From positions 1-43,044 of the forward strand of contig JAQVVB010000001.1 in NCBI GenBank assembly GCA_028699215.1: 43,044 nucleotides of DNA. The letters are read 5' to 3'. The notes beneath the pieces were generated by a model that was given only the letters and a program-made list of their open reading frames with translations, did no database searches and had not been told where the DNA came from. The position numbers and the translations under genes are program-made. Numbering within the stretch: the first letter of the stretch is position 1; the number at the start of each line of letters is the position of its first letter. Source of the stretch: Sphaerochaeta sp. GTDB lineage: Bacteria > Spirochaetota > Spirochaetia > Sphaerochaetales > Sphaerochaetaceae. Below are positions 1-13,807 of the stretch, in pieces.

Positions 1-2067
<2,067 letters not shown>

Positions 2068-2082
2068 CCAGGAGAAGTACGG

Positions 2083-5000
2083 ATGAAGGAAATTCAGGAT
2101 TTCGATAGCATCATGATAAAGCTGGCTTCGCCGGAGCAGATCAAGGATTGGTCGTACGGTGAAGTGAAGAAGCCCGAGACGATTAACTACCGAACACTTC
2201 GACCCGAGAGGGATGGTTTGTTCTGTGAGAAAATCTTTGGTACCACTAAAGAGTGGGAATGCTACTGCGGTAAGTTCAAATCTATCCGCTATAAGGGAGT
2301 AATCTGCGATCGCTGCGGTGTTGAAGTAACCAACACCAAGGTGCGTCGTGAACGCATGGGACACATTACCCTTGCAGCTCCCGTATCCCATATTTGGTAT
2401 TACCGCTCAGTCCCTTCCAGAATGAGCATGTTGCTTGATATCACCCGCAATTCGCTGCAGAGCGTTCTCTATTATGAGAAGTATGTAGTTATTAATGCGG
2501 GAGATACCAATTTAAAAGTAAAGCAGCTCTTGAGTGAAGAGGAGTATTGGCAGGCACGCGAGCAATATGGCGACTCTTTTGAAGCCGGTATGGGCGCAGA
2601 AGCAGTTCGCAAGTTGTTGGTAAACCTTGACCTTGAGGAGCTCTCTCGCGAATTGCGCGAGCAGATGCGTCTTAAGGAAGACAAGGCAGACAAGCGTTTG
2701 CTCAAGAGAATTGAAGTATGTGAAAACTTCCGTGACAGTGGCAACCGCCCTGAATGGATGATTCTTACTGTCATTCCTGTTATCCCCCCTGATTTGAGAC
2801 CTATGGTCCAACTTGATGGTGGTAGGTTTGCTACCAGTGACTTGAACGATTTGTATCGTCGTGTCATCAACAGAAACAATCGTTTGGATCGTCTGGTCAA
2901 GCTCAATGCTCCTGATATCATCATCCGTAATGAAAAAAGGATGTTGCAGGAAGCTGTCGATGCATTGTTCGATAATTCAAAACGGAAAAGAGTGGTAAAG
3001 GGCGCTTCCAATAGGCCTTTGAAGAGTCTTTCCGACATGCTTAAGGGTAAGCAAGGTCGTTTCCGACAGAATCTGCTCGGTAAGCGTGTTGATTACTCAG
3101 GTCGTTCTGTAATCGTTGTAGGTCCTGAATTGAGGATGCACCAGTGCGGTCTTCCCTCAAAGATGGCTCTTGAACTCTATAAACCCTTCATTATGAAGAA
3201 ATTGGTCCAAGATGGTGTTGTCTATAATATCAAGAAGGCGAAAAGTCTTGTTGAAGAAGAGACAGATGCCGTTTGGTCCATCTTGGATGAAGTTGTTCGT
3301 GAGCATCCTGTGTTGCTGAACCGCGCACCTACGCTTCACAGACTTGGTATCCAGGCTTTTGATCCAGTATTGGTCGATGGTAAAGCCATTAAGTTGCATC
3401 CCCTTGTATGTCATGCGTACAATGCTGACTTTGACGGGGACCAGATGGCTGTCCACGTTCCTTTGACTCATGCTGCCCAGCTTGAATGTTGGACGCTCAT
3501 GCTTTCAGTAACCAACCTGCTTGACCCTGCAAACGGCAAGCCGATTGTTTATCCGTCTCAGGACATGGTTCTAGGTATCAACTACCTTACCAGAGAGATG
3601 GCTGGAGCAAAGGGTGAAGGCCATTATTTTGACAATATTGGTGAGATTGAAATGGCGATTGAAGTCGGCTCTCTCTCTTATAATGCCCGTATCCGTTATC
3701 GACTTGAGGATGGTAGCCGTATTGAAACGACTCCAGGCCGTGTCATTTTCAATGCTATTCTTCCAAGCGGTGTTCCTTATCAGAATGCTTGTCTCGGAGA
3801 CAAGGAGCTGAAGGCTCTTATCGGCGATACGCTTAAAGCAAGGGATAACTCCATTGCAGTTGAAATGCTCGACTCCATCAAGGATGTTGGGTATAAGTAT
3901 GCAACGCTTTTTGGTGCAACCATTGGGTTGTCCGACATGATTGTTCCTGTTGCTAAAAAGGCGATGGTTGATAAAGCCAACATTGAACAGCAAAAGATTC
4001 TTGATCAGTATCGACAAGGCCATATCACCCAAGAAGAACGGTACAATAGGGTTATTGAGGTATGGACTCAGACCAACGATTTGCTCACTGATGAATTGAT
4101 GGGTGAATTGAAGAAGAGTCAGAATGGTTTCAACCCACTCTTCTTGATGGCTGATTCCGGTGCTCGAGGATCCAAGACACAGATCAGGCAGCTCGGTGGT
4201 ATGCGTGGTTTGATGGCTAAGCCTTCTGGTGACGTCATTGAATTCCCCATCAAGTCGAACTTTAAGGAAGGTTTGTCCATCATTGAGTTCTTCATCTCCA
4301 CCAACGGTGCTCGTAAGGGTCTTTCCGATACGGCATTGAAGACGGCAGAAGCTGGTTATTTGACTCGTCGTCTGGTTGATATCAGCCAAGATGTGGTTGT
4401 GAATGAAGATGATTGCCATACAATCAATGGCATCTGGCGTTCTGCAATCAAGGATGGTGATGAAATCATCGAAGGTCTTGCTGACCGTATTGTTGGACGT
4501 TGTCCTGTTGAGGATATTCTCCATCCGTTTACCCGCGCAGTCATTGCAAAGGCAAATGAAGAGATTACCGATGAGGTAGCCCAGCAAATTGAAGATGCAG
4601 GTCTTGAGAAGGTCCTTCTACGAACTGTTCTTACATGTGAAGCTAAGCATGGTGTTTGTAGAAAGTGTTATGGACGTAACCTTGCTACCAACCAGTCCGT
4701 TGTAATCGGAGAGGCTGTCGGTATCATCGCTGCTCAATCGATTGGACAACCGGGTACTCAGCTTACGATGCGTACGTTCCACGTCGGTGGTACGGCTTCA
4801 ACGAGTTCTGAAGAGAATAAGATGACCTTTGGCTATCCTGTGTTGATTGGTTCCATAACCGGTACACGTGTTATCCGTGCTTCTGACTCCATGGAAGTTT
4901 TTACTCGTAAGGGTCATATTGAATATTTCCGTATCAATGCAGAAATTCAGGCTGACAAGTACGATGAACTCTTGGTTGAAGATGGTTCTGTTGTTGGTAA

Positions 5001-6366
5001 AGGAACTCCAATCTTTAAAAAGGATGGAGAACTTGTACTCTCTTTGGAAAATGGTTCGGTCAAGTTCCTTTCCGGTAGGATTTTCTTGGTAGGACACTCA
5101 ACCTCCCAAGTGGTCAAGACTGGTTCTGAACTTCTGGTTAAGAGTGGTCAGTATGTGGAAGCACAGACTCCCATTGTTATCTTTGACCCCTTCAGTGAGC
5201 CTGTTCTTGCTGAAGAAGGTGGTTACACTTCATTTGTCGACATCAAGTTGGGAACAACCCTGCTTGAAGAAGTCAATGAAGAGACCGGAAACATCGAGAA
5301 GAAGATTACCGAACATAGTCTTGAATCTCTCCAGCCTCGTATCGAAATCACCAGTGCAGAGCATGGAAAAGGCGATTTGCTTGCTGCTTATCTCTTGCCA
5401 GGTGGTTCCTATTTGCAGATTGGCGATAATATCAAGGTTGAAAAGGGCCATATTCTTGCTAAGTTGCTTAAGGAAGGTATTAAAACCAAGGACATCACAG
5501 GTGGTCTTCCCCGTGTCGGTGAACTCTTTGAAGCTCGCCGTCCTAGAAACATTGCTGTTTTGGCCCAGGTTTCAGGTCTGGTTTCGTTTGGTCCTGTAGT
5601 CAAAGGTAAGCGTTCCATTGTTGTTTCCGATCCCTATGGCCATGAATACAAACACATGGTACCGATGGGCAAGAACCTTTTGGTTCGTGACGGTGACTCT
5701 GTAGAAGCTGCTGAACCTTTGTGTGATGGAGCCATCGATCCACATGACATTCTTGATATTCTTGGAGAGAATGCGTTGCAGTCCTTCCTTGTTGATGAAG
5801 TTCAGGAAGTCTACCGGATGCAGGGTGTAAACATCAATGACAAGCATCTTGGTGTTATTGTCAGGCAGATGCTTAGGAAGATTGAAGTTGTGCATGTGGG
5901 TGATACTAACCTGATTCATGGGCAACAGGTCGATAAGTATCGGTTCTTTGAAGAAAACGAGAGGGTTACCAGCGAAGGTGGAGAGCCTGCTGTTGGACGT
6001 CCCTTGCTGTTGGGTATCACTCGTGCTTCCTTGAGCATTGACTCATTCATCTCTGCCGCTTCCTTCCAGGAAACGACCAAGGTCTTGACAAATGCTGCAA
6101 TAGCTGGTAGTAAAGATGAGTTACGCGGTTTGAAAGAAAACGTAATCATCGGCCACCTGATACCTGCCGGAACCGGTATGAAGAAGTATCGTGATGTCAA
6201 ACTCAAGGATGAGGAGCTTCTTGCTCTTCAGCAGAAGGTTGATGCAGTTAAGGAATCAAGACGCCAAGAGATGATCGATGATGATGATTTCGACGTGGAA
6301 GATTTAGGAGACATGAAATCCGTAGGTGATGCTGTGGATGTGGACGATTTTGCTGACGAAGACTAG
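2083..6366 (+). CDS. rpoC: RNA polymerase beta' subunit
   Basis: Catalytic NADFDGD, zinc ribbon [39 protein letters not shown]; GGAG SD upstream. Confidence 0.99.
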   Translation: MKEIQDFDSIMIKLASPEQIKDWSYGEVKKPETINYRTLRPERDGLFCEKIFGTTKEWECYCGKFKSIRYKGVICDRCGVEVTNTKVRRERMGHITLAAPVSHIWYYRSVPSRMSMLLDITRNSLQSVLYYEKYVVINAGDTNLKVKQLLSEEEYWQAREQYGDSFEAGMGAEAVRKLLVNLDLEELSRELREQMRLKEDKADKRLLKRIEVCENFRDSGNRPEWMILTVIPVIPPDLRPMVQLDGGRFATSDLNDLYRRVINRNNRLDRLVKLNAPDIIIRNEKRMLQEAVDALFDNSKRKRVVKGASNRPLKSLSDMLKGKQGRFRQNLLGKRVDYSGRSVIVVGPELRMHQCGLPSKMALELYKPFIMKKLVQDGVVYNIKKAKSLVEEETDAVWSILDEVVREHPVLLNRAPTLHRLGIQAFDPVLVDGKAIKLHPLVCHAYNADFDGDQMAVHVPLTHAAQLECWTLMLSVTNLLDPANGKPIVYPSQDMVLGINYLTREMAGAKGEGHYFDNIGEIEMAIEVGSLSYNARIRYRLEDGSRIETTPGRVIFNAILPSGVPYQNACLGDKELKALIGDTLKARDNSIAVEMLDSIKDVGYKYATLFGATIGLSDMIVPVAKKAMVDKANIEQQKILDQYRQGHITQEERYNRVIEVWTQTNDLLTDELMGELKKSQNGFNPLFLMADSGARGSKTQIRQLGGMRGLMAKPSGDVIEFPIKSNFKEGLSIIEFFISTNGARKGLSDTALKTAEAGYLTRRLVDISQDVVVNEDDCHTINGIWRSAIKDGDEIIEGLADRIVGRCPVEDILHPFTRAVIAKANEEITDEVAQQIEDAGLEKVLLRTVLTCEAKHGVCRKCYGRNLATNQSVVIGEAVGIIAAQSIGQPGTQLTMRTFHVGGTASTSSEENKMTFGYPVLIGSITGTRVIRASDSMEVFTRKGHIEYFRINAEIQADKYDELLVEDGSVVGKGTPIFKKDGELVLSLENGSVKFLSGRIFLVGHSTSQVVKTGSELLVKSGQYVEAQTPIVIFDPFSEPVLAEEGGYTSFVDIKLGTTLLEEVNEETGNIEKKITEHSLESLQPRIEITSAEHGKGDLLAAYLLPGGSYLQIGDNIKVEKGHILAKLLKEGIKTKDITGGLPRVGELFEARRPRNIAVLAQVSGLVSFGPVVKGKRSIVVSDPYGHEYKHMVPMGKNLLVRDGDSVEAAEPLCDGAIDPHDILDILGENALQSFLVDEVQEVYRMQGVNINDKHLGVIVRQMLRKIEVVHVGDTNLIHGQQVDKYRFFEENERVTSEGGEPAVGRPLLLGITRASLSIDSFISAASFQETTKVLTNAAIAGSKDELRGLKENVIIGHLIPAGTGMKKYRDVKLKDEELLALQQKVDAVKESRRQEMIDDDDFDVEDLGDMKSVGDAVDVDDFADED

Positions 6367-6537
6367 GGAGTGCGCCTGTTGGCGCAACCTGCTTCGACGA
6401 GAGTCGTTATGCAAACACACCACCGCGTCCATGCTGGGTGCGGATTTTACATAGACGTGCTGTCCGTTGGACGGCACAGATCCCTGCTTTTGTGAGAGGC
6501 GGTGGGTCAGACAACAAAAAGGGAGTGTGTCGATAAG
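6367..6537 (+). promoter_or_regulatory. Putative structured 5' leader of rpsL
   Basis: Several helices seen by eye (6371-6386, 6395-6406, 6420-6426/6499-6505, 6457-6477) and an anti-SD pairing 6481-6493/6514-6524. Confidence 0.5.
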
Positions 6538-6912
6538 ATGCCTACTATTAATCAGCTGATCAGAAAGGGAAGGAAGACTATCGTCAACAAGACCAAGTCT
6601 CCAGCTCTTGACGGTTGTCCCCAGAAGCGCGGAGTATGCACTAGGGTCATGACCGTTACACCAAAGAAGCCGAACTCTGCTCTTCGTAAGGTTGCCCGTG
6701 TGCGCCTTTCGAATGGTATTGAAGTAACTGCTTACATCCCCGGTATTGGACATAACCTACAGGAGCACTCTGTTGTATTGCTCCGTGGGGGAAGGGTCAA
6801 GGACCTTCCTGGTGTTCGTTATCACATCGTCCGTGGTGCAAAAGATACCTTGGGTGTTGCGGATCGCAAAAGAAGCCGTTCCAAGTACGGTGCCAAGAAG
6901 CCTAAGGCTTGA
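6538..6912 (+). CDS. rpsL: 30S ribosomal protein S12
   Basis: [30 protein letters not shown]; start moved to ATG 6538 after the GGGAG SD. Confidence 0.99.
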   Translation: MPTINQLIRKGRKTIVNKTKSPALDGCPQKRGVCTRVMTVTPKKPNSALRKVARVRLSNGIEVTAYIPGIGHNLQEHSVVLLRGGRVKDLPGVRYHIVRGAKDTLGVADRKRSRSKYGAKKPKA

Positions 6913-6915
6913 TAA

Positions 6916-7398
<483 letters not shown>

Positions 7399-7408
7399 TT
7401 CTGGAAAC

Positions 7409-7450
7409 AAAAAAAGCCGGTTATTCTTCGAGAATGGCCGGTTTTTCTTT
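7409..7450 (+). terminator. Intrinsic terminator after rpsG
   Basis: A-tract, stem GCCGGTTATTCT/AGAATGGCCGGT, then TTTTCTTT. Confidence 0.85.
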
Positions 7451-7476
7451 ATCTTGATAGAATTAAGAACAATCGC

Positions 7477-7505
7477 TTGACATAAAACTACCTTTCGAAT
7501 ATAGT
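7477..7505 (+). promoter_or_regulatory. sigma70-type promoter for the tuf-S10 cluster
   Basis: TTGACA (7477-7482) - 17 nt - TATAGT (7500-7505). Confidence 0.8.
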
Positions 7506-7511
7506 GCAAAA

Positions 7512-7789
7512 GGTGTCGCAATAGCTATGTCTATGTGGCATTATGTAGAGCCAAACCAATTATTGCGAAGCAATGATAAGGTGGTTTCAGGCAGTAAGAA
7601 GTTTTTTTTAAACTTATACTAAGTCGTCAAGATGGATTCTTCCATGCTTGCCGACCTCTGGAATCCTCTTAAGAATTTGTTTCCTCATAATTAGTTTGTC
7701 TCAGTAGAAATGGTAAAGGCTTTGGGCCTTTATGAGCACATATTAATTTTTTGATTGTGACAGTTATAGAACGTCACAAGGAGGAAATG
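7512..7789 (+). promoter_or_regulatory. Long multi-hairpin 5' leader of tuf (candidate cis-regulatory RNA)
   Basis: Six hairpins between the predicted promoter and the AGGAGG SD at 7779-7784. Confidence 0.5.
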
Positions 7790-8980
7790 ATGGCAAAAGA
7801 GAAATTTCTGAGGACGAAGCCACACGTAAACGTAGGCACCATCGGCCACGTAGACCATGGTAAGACTACCCTTACGGCTGCAATTACCATGCATTGTGCT
7901 AAGTTGTTCGGCGATAAGGCTCTCGCTTACGATTCAATCGACAACGCTCCTGAAGAAAAGGAACGTGGTATCACGATCAATACAAGACACGTTGAATACC
8001 AATCCACCAACAGGCACTATGCCCACGTTGACTGCCCGGGACACGCTGACTACATCAAGAACATGATTACTGGTGCTGCTCAGATGGACGGTGCTATCAT
8101 CGTTGTTGCTGCTACTGATGGTGCAATGGCTCAGACAAAAGAACACATCCTTCTTGCTCGTCAGGTTGGTGTACCTTGCGTTCTCGTATTCATCAACAAG
8201 TGCGATCAGGTAGATGATCCTGAACTCATTGACCTTGTTGAAGAAGAGATGCGTGATCTGCTCACTGAGTATGGTTTTGATGGTTCTACTGCTCCTGTAG
8301 TACGCGGTTCTGCTTTCGAAGCAATGACCAACCCTGATGATCCTGAAGCAACCAAGTGCATTGATGAATTGCTTGATGCCATGGATGCCTTCATTCCTCT
8401 TCCGGAAAGAGCAGTAGACCTGCCTTTCTTGATGCCTATTGAAGATATCTTCTCCATTTCTGGTCGTGGAACTGTTGTTACCGGTCGTATCGAACGCGGT
8501 ATCATCAAAGTTAACGAAGCTGTATCCATTGTTGGTATCAAGGACACCAGAGATTCTGTAGTAACTGGTGTTGAGATGTTCAACAAGCTCCTTGACGAAG
8601 GTCAGGCTGGTGATAACATCGGTGCATTGCTCCGTGGTGTTGACAAGAAGGATGTCGTTCGTGGACAGGTTCTTGCAAAGCCAAAGTCAATCATGCCCCA
8701 TGCAAAGTTCACCGGTACTGTCTATGTACTGAGCAAGGATGAAGGTGGTCGTCACTCTCCGTTCTTCAGTGGCTATCGCCCACAGTTCTATTTCCGTACA
8801 ACTGATATCACTGGCACAGTAAACCTTCCTGAAGGCAAGCAGATGATTCTGCCTGGTGACCACACCGATATTCTTGTTGAATTGATTCACCCCGTCGCCA
8901 TGGACAAGGGTCTCCGCTTCGCTATCCGCGAAGGTGGTAGAACTGTAGCCTCTGGTCAGGTTGTGGAAATTACCGAATAG
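7790..8980 (+). CDS. tuf: Elongation factor Tu
   Basis: [36 protein letters not shown]; start 7790 (or 7787) after AGGAGG. Confidence 0.99.
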   Translation: MAKEKFLRTKPHVNVGTIGHVDHGKTTLTAAITMHCAKLFGDKALAYDSIDNAPEEKERGITINTRHVEYQSTNRHYAHVDCPGHADYIKNMITGAAQMDGAIIVVAATDGAMAQTKEHILLARQVGVPCVLVFINKCDQVDDPELIDLVEEEMRDLLTEYGFDGSTAPVVRGSAFEAMTNPDDPEATKCIDELLDAMDAFIPLPERAVDLPFLMPIEDIFSISGRGTVVTGRIERGIIKVNEAVSIVGIKDTRDSVVTGVEMFNKLLDEGQAGDNIGALLRGVDKKDVVRGQVLAKPKSIMPHAKFTGTVYVLSKDEGGRHSPFFSGYRPQFYFRTTDITGTVNLPEGKQMILPGDHTDILVELIHPVAMDKGLRFAIREGGRTVASGQVVEITE

Positions 8981-8987
8981 TTTTGTT

Positions 8988-9036
8988 GACGAATGTCTTG
9001 CCACCATCGTTAAGGTGCTGGCAAGACCCGTTTTTT
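8988..9036 (+). terminator. Terminator/attenuator-like hairpin between tuf and rpsJ
   Basis: GTCTTGCCA (8995-9003)/TGGCAAGAC (9019-9027), followed by CCGTTTTTT. Confidence 0.55.
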
Positions 9037-9045
9037 GGAGGAAAT

Positions 9046-9354
9046 ATGGCTAAAGAAAGAATTCGGGTAAGGTTGAGAGGTTTTGATATTGAGCTTGTAG
9101 AACAGAGCTCAAAAGCAATTGTAGAAACTGTTGTCAGGGCTGGCGCTACTGTGTCTGGACCTGTCCCTCTCCCGACTCGTGTCAATAAGTACACTGTCCT
9201 GAGATCGCCCTTTGTCAATAAGAAGTCTCGCGAACAGTTCGAGATGAGAACCCACAAAAGGTTAATTGACATTTTGGATCCTACATCAAAAGTCATGGAT
9301 GCCCTCATGAAGCTTGAGCTCCCTGCCGGTGTGGATGTAGAGATTAAACAGTAA
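9046..9354 (+). CDS. rpsJ: 30S ribosomal protein S10
   Basis: [31 protein letters not shown]; ATG 9046 after GGAGG. Confidence 0.99.
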   Translation: MAKERIRVRLRGFDIELVEQSSKAIVETVVRAGATVSGPVPLPTRVNKYTVLRSPFVNKKSREQFEMRTHKRLIDILDPTSKVMDALMKLELPAGVDVEIKQ

Positions 9355-9371
9355 GAGAGTTGAGGTAAGAG

Positions 9372-9992
9372 ATGTTAGGGCTTATCGGCAAAAAAGTTGG
9401 AATGACACAGGTGTTTGATGCTCAAGGCAGGCTTACACCCGTGACGGTTATAAAAATTGAGGGCAATGTTGTTGTCGCAGACCGGACTGAAGAAAAGAAT
9501 GGCTATACTGCCACAGTTCTAGGTTCCGTTGACAAGAAGAAAAGCACTGTCACTAAACCGTATGCTGGCCAGTTCACTAATGTATGTGAACCTAAGCAGC
9601 ATGTGATTGAATTTCGTGATTACGAAAAAGAAGTCACAGTCGGCGAAGTGCTGGGCGTGGATATATTTAAGGACGCCACTTTTGTGGATGTCACAGGGAC
9701 TTCTAAAGGTAAGGGTTTCGCTGGTGGTATGAAGCGTTACAACTTTTCTGGTGGCCGTGCAACCCACGGTTCAAAGTTTCACCGCGATATCGGTGGTACT
9801 GCAATGTCTTCAACCCCTGGCCGTACATTCAAGGGCCACCACATGGCTGGTCGAATGGGTACTGAGAAGACAACCATCCAGAATCTGAAGGTCGTCCGGG
9901 TCGATGAAGAGATGCAGGTCCTTATGGTAAGGGGAGCAATCCCTGGTCCCGCCCAGAGTGTCGTCATCGTCAAGAAAGCGATAAAGAAGTAG
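9372..9992 (+). CDS. rplC: 50S ribosomal protein L3
   Basis: [27 protein letters not shown]; S10 operon position. Confidence 0.98.
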   Translation: MLGLIGKKVGMTQVFDAQGRLTPVTVIKIEGNVVVADRTEEKNGYTATVLGSVDKKKSTVTKPYAGQFTNVCEPKQHVIEFRDYEKEVTVGEVLGVDIFKDATFVDVTGTSKGKGFAGGMKRYNFSGGRATHGSKFHRDIGGTAMSSTPGRTFKGHHMAGRMGTEKTTIQNLKVVRVDEEMQVLMVRGAIPGPAQSVVIVKKAIKK

Positions 9993-10004
9993 GGGCGAGA
10001 TAAA

Positions 10005-10634
10005 ATGGAAACCAAAGTCTTTTCTACCAACGGCAGTGAAGTCAGAACCATCGAATTGAATGACGCAGTCTTCAATAGAGAAGTTAGTGACGGATCGATT
10101 TACTATGCCGTAAATAATGAGCTTGCAAACCGACGTGTCGGTACTGCATGCACAAAGGGTCGCGCAGAAGTCCATTACAGTAACAACAAGCCTTATAAGC
10201 AGAAGGGTACTGGTAATGCACGTGCCGGTGATAAAAAGTCTCCTGTTTGGGTAGGTGGCGGTACTATATTTGGGCCTAAACCCCGTGACTATAGTTATGT
10301 TCTTCCCAAGAAGATGAAGCGTCTTGCGATGAAGAGCCTTCTTTCCCTGGGTGTCCAGGAAGATCGCCTTATAGTCGTTGAGGATTTTACTCCAGAAGCT
10401 GGTAAGACCAGAGACTTGAGTGCAATCATCAAGAACTTCGTCACTGACGAGACAAGAACGCTTCTCATCCTGAAGGATGACGATGTAATGATGCGCCGTG
10501 CTGCGAAGAACATTCCATACCTGCATGTCCTTTCCTATAACAGGCTTTCCGCTAAGGAGCTCCTGTATGGAAGAAAGGTACTGGTTCTGGAAACCGCCGC
10601 GAAGAATCTTAATGATTTCTACGGCGACAAATAA
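10005..10634 (+). CDS. rplD: 50S ribosomal protein L4
   Basis: [27 protein letters not shown]. Confidence 0.98.
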   Translation: METKVFSTNGSEVRTIELNDAVFNREVSDGSIYYAVNNELANRRVGTACTKGRAEVHYSNNKPYKQKGTGNARAGDKKSPVWVGGGTIFGPKPRDYSYVLPKKMKRLAMKSLLSLGVQEDRLIVVEDFTPEAGKTRDLSAIIKNFVTDETRTLLILKDDDVMMRRAAKNIPYLHVLSYNRLSAKELLYGRKVLVLETAAKNLNDFYGDK

Positions 10635-10645
10635 GGGGACCGGAA

Positions 10646-10948
10646 ATGAGAGCAGACCAAGTAATCATTGAACCCGTCTTGAGTGAGAAATCAAATATCG
10701 CTCGTGAAGGGGAAACTAAGAAATACACCTTCAAGGTCCACATGGACAGCAACAAGTTCCAGATTCAATCAGCTGTGAAAGAGTTGTTTGGTGTTGAACC
10801 CGAGAAGTGTAATGTTATGATCGTAAAAGGCAAGCCTAAATACTCACGCGGAAAGGGTGGTAGCATCCTCGGAAACACCGGTGACTGGAAGAAGGCTGTC
10901 GTAACCCTGGCCAAGGGTGATACCATCCAGGCCATCGAAGGCGTATAA
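10646..10948 (+). CDS. rplW: 50S ribosomal protein L23
   Basis: [21 protein letters not shown]; operon position. Confidence 0.97.
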   Translation: MRADQVIIEPVLSEKSNIAREGETKKYTFKVHMDSNKFQIQSAVKELFGVEPEKCNVMIVKGKPKYSRGKGGSILGNTGDWKKAVVTLAKGDTIQAIEGV

Positions 10949-10961
10949 GGAGAAGTTTGAA

Positions 10962-11786
10962 ATGGCTCTTAAATCTTACAAGCCAAATACTCCCGGCCTT
11001 CGCCAGAAGACCACTTTGGTCTTCAGCGAGCTGACTGCCAGCAAGCCTGAGAAGTCACTTACAACCAGTCTGCACAAAAAAGCTGGTCGTGATACCTTTG
11101 GGCGCATCAGCGTTCGCCGTAGAGGCGGTGGCCACAAACGTGCTTATCGAACAATCGATTTCAAGCGCGACAAATATGGTATTCCCGGTGTCGTCAAGAC
11201 CATCGAATACGATCCGAACCGCAGTGTCAACATTGCATTGGTATTTTATGCCGATGGTGAGAAGCGCTACATGATCGTTCCTAGGGGCTTGACAGTTGGA
11301 ACTACTGTTCTTTCTGGTCCTAGCGTACCATTAGCTACAGGTAATGCTCTTCCTTTGAAGAACATTCCCCTTGGTTTGATGGTCCACAACGTTGAACTTA
11401 CTCTTGGCCGTGGCGGACAGCTTGTTCGTTCTGCCGGTCTCGGTGCTACCGTTGTCGCTAAGGAAGGAGACTATGTAACTCTTCGTCTTCCTTCTGGTGA
11501 AATGCGCTTAGTGTTTGGTGAATGCTATGCTACCCTTGGGCAGCTTGGCAATGAAGATCATATGAATGTTAACCTTGGTAAGGCCGGTGCAAGCCGCCAC
11601 CTTGGAAGAAGGCCTAAGGTACGTGGTGTTGTTATGAACCCAATCGATCACCCACATGGTGGTGGTGAAGGTAAGACAGCAGCTGGACGTAACCCAGTTT
11701 CCCCTTGGGGTAAACCGGCTAAGGGTGGAAAAACCCGTTCCAAGAAGAAACCTTCCAGTTCATTCATCGTTAAGAAGCGGAAGTAG
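10962..11786 (+). CDS. rplB: 50S ribosomal protein L2
   Basis: [35 protein letters not shown]; start moved to ATG 10962. Confidence 0.99.
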   Translation: MALKSYKPNTPGLRQKTTLVFSELTASKPEKSLTTSLHKKAGRDTFGRISVRRRGGGHKRAYRTIDFKRDKYGIPGVVKTIEYDPNRSVNIALVFYADGEKRYMIVPRGLTVGTTVLSGPSVPLATGNALPLKNIPLGLMVHNVELTLGRGGQLVRSAGLGATVVAKEGDYVTLRLPSGEMRLVFGECYATLGQLGNEDHMNVNLGKAGASRHLGRRPKVRGVVMNPIDHPHGGGEGKTAAGRNPVSPWGKPAKGGKTRSKKKPSSSFIVKKRK

Positions 11787-11795
11787 GAGAAGAAA

Positions 11796-12071
11796 GTGGC
11801 AAGATCAATCAAAAAAGGTCCTTTTATTGAGAAGAAACTTTATAAGAGGATTCAGGAGTCTCTCAAGACTAATCAAAAGCAGATGATCAAGACTTATTCC
11901 CGCTGTTCAACGATCATCCCTGAAATGGTAGGATTCACAATTTCTGTGTATAATGGAAAAACTTGGATTCCTGTATTCGTGACTGAAAACCTGGTTGGAC
12001 ATAAGCTCGGTGAGTTTTCACCCACTAGGATTTTCCGTGGTCATACAGCTTCCGACAAGAAGGTTGGCTAA
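11796..12071 (+). CDS. rpsS: 30S ribosomal protein S19
   Basis: [20 protein letters not shown]; GTG start. Confidence 0.98.
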   Translation: MARSIKKGPFIEKKLYKRIQESLKTNQKQMIKTYSRCSTIIPEMVGFTISVYNGKTWIPVFVTENLVGHKLGEFSPTRIFRGHTASDKKVG

Positions 12072-12085
12072 ACAAGATGGGTACA

Positions 12086-12451
12086 ATGATGGAAGATAAA
12101 AAAGGTTATTCAGCAACTGCGAAGTATCTGATGGTATCGCCTTCAAAGGTTCGCCCCGTAGCAAATCTTGTTCGGAATAAGTCTTATGCGGAAGCTGTTG
12201 CAATCCTTGAGGCCATGCCCCAGAAGGGATCATTCTTGATTCTTAAGGTTTTGCAATCCGCTTGTGCAAATGCACTTGATCAGAACAAGAAGCTCGATGA
12301 AGAGAACCTTGTGGTCAAGGAATTGCAAGTTAACGAGGGTCCCAGACTCAAGAGAGTTTGGCCAAGATCCCATGGGAGACGGGATATTCTCCTCAAGAGG
12401 ATGTCACACATTACCGTCGTCGTTGACGAAAAAGCAAGCGTGAGGAAATAA
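12086..12451 (+). CDS. rplV: 50S ribosomal protein L22 (start could be 12077, 12086 or 12089)
   Basis: SPSKVRPVANLVR, VNEGPRLKR, KRMSHITVVV. Confidence 0.97.
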   Translation: MMEDKKGYSATAKYLMVSPSKVRPVANLVRNKSYAEAVAILEAMPQKGSFLILKVLQSACANALDQNKKLDEENLVVKELQVNEGPRLKRVWPRSHGRRDILLKRMSHITVVVDEKASVRK

Positions 12452-13159
12452 ATGGGCCAGAAAGTAAATCCGATTGGACTCCGTCTTGGAGTCAACAAGA
12501 CCTGGAAGTCCAAATGGTATGTGGACCCCAGGGAGTATGCGGACACTCTGCATGAAGATCTTAAGCTGAGAAAAGCTTTGGTTGAGTGCCCCGAGGTTCA
12601 GGGTGCTGAGATTTCGGATGTTGAAATCATCCGCAAACCACAGCGCATTACCATCGTGATCACCACCAGTCGTCCCGGTATCATTATTGGTAGCAAGGGC
12701 GCTAATGTTGAGAAGCTTGGGGCTAGACTCCAGAAGCTCACCAACAAGAAAGTGCAGATCAAGATTAAGGAAATCAAGAAGCCTGAAGCTGATGCTCAGC
12801 TGATCGCCGCAAACGTTGCCAAACAGCTTGTTGCTCGTGGCTCTTTCAGAAGAGCAATGAAAATGGCTGTTTCCAAAGCAATGCAGAGTGGAGCTCAAGG
12901 TGTAAAGATCAGATGTTCCGGCCGTATTGGTGGAGCTGAAATCGCTCGTTCCGAATGGATGAAAGAAGGTCGTGTACCTCTTCATACTCTCCGCAGCGAT
13001 ATCGATTACGGTTTTACCACTGCTAATACCTCCTTTGGTGCCATTGGTGTCAAGGTGTGGGTATTCAACGGTGAGATCTACGATCGTGCAGTCAAAGAAG
13101 ACGCCGGTGGGCTCGTAAGAAAGCCTGCAAAGTCCGATGGCGTTGAGGCAAGGAGTTAG
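12452..13159 (+). CDS. rpsC: 30S ribosomal protein S3
   Basis: MGQKVNPIGLRLG, RPGIIIGSKG, GRVPLHTLRSDIDY. Confidence 0.99.
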   Translation: MGQKVNPIGLRLGVNKTWKSKWYVDPREYADTLHEDLKLRKALVECPEVQGAEISDVEIIRKPQRITIVITTSRPGIIIGSKGANVEKLGARLQKLTNKKVQIKIKEIKKPEADAQLIAANVAKQLVARGSFRRAMKMAVSKAMQSGAQGVKIRCSGRIGGAEIARSEWMKEGRVPLHTLRSDIDYGFTTANTSFGAIGVKVWVFNGEIYDRAVKEDAGGLVRKPAKSDGVEARS

Positions 13160-13165
13160 TAGGCC

Positions 13166-13582
13166 ATGCTTAGTCCAAAAAGAATTAAATACAGAAAGAA
13201 ACAGCGTGGAACCACTGATGGTGTAGCACACCGCGGTATTACGATTGCCTTTGGTGAATTCGCCTTGTTGGCTCTTGAGCCAAAGTGGATCACCAATCGT
13301 CAGATTGAGGCCGCCCGTGTCGCCATGACCCGTCACATTAAGCGTGGTGGTAAGGTATGGATCAGGATTTTCCCTGATATGCCGTATACCAAGAAACCCG
13401 CTGAAACCAGACAAGGTAATGGTAAGGGTGCACCTGAGGGCTGGGTAGCTGTAGTAAAGACCGGTGCCGTCATGTTTGAAATGGGCGGTGTATCTGAAGA
13501 ATTGGCTCGCGAAGCTCTTGCTCTTGCGGCGTCAAAGCTTCCGATCAAGACGAAGTTCGTCGCTAGAAGGGAAGTGGAGTAA
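13166..13582 (+). CDS. rplP: 50S ribosomal protein L16
   Basis: [27 protein letters not shown]. Confidence 0.99.
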   Translation: MLSPKRIKYRKKQRGTTDGVAHRGITIAFGEFALLALEPKWITNRQIEAARVAMTRHIKRGGKVWIRIFPDMPYTKKPAETRQGNGKGAPEGWVAVVKTGAVMFEMGGVSEELAREALALAASKLPIKTKFVARREVE

Positions 13583-13586
13583 GATT

Positions 13587-13793
13587 ATGAAAAATTCATA
13601 TAAAGATTTAACCCTCGACGAGTTGGTCGCAAAGAAGGAAGCACTCCATAAGGAGTACCTCAACCTTCGCATGGGAAGAGTTCTTGGGCATGTAGAGAAT
13701 CCGCTTGCTGTTCGCACTATTAGAAGGAATATCGCTCGCGTGAACACCCTCATCCACGAACATGCTCTCGGAATTCGGAAAGCAGCTAACTAA
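13587..13793 (+). CDS. rpmC: 50S ribosomal protein L29
   Basis: 68 aa from ATG 13587; ENPLAVRTIRRNIARVNT; between rplP and rpsQ. Confidence 0.96.
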   Translation: MKNSYKDLTLDELVAKKEALHKEYLNLRMGRVLGHVENPLAVRTIRRNIARVNTLIHEHALGIRKAAN

Positions 13794-13807
13794 GGGAGCG
13801 CGATTAG

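Noticed and set aside
6538-6912. Possible streptomycin-resistance alleles in rpsL
   Set aside because: PKKPNS and RVKDLPG are wild-type at both key lysines
7399-7789. fusA pseudogene or tRNA in the rpsG-tuf gap
   Set aside because: No EF-G motif seen, and no cloverleaf or TTCRA T-arm in a tRNA context; the TTG-started tuf extension in the ORF track lies upstream of the real SD
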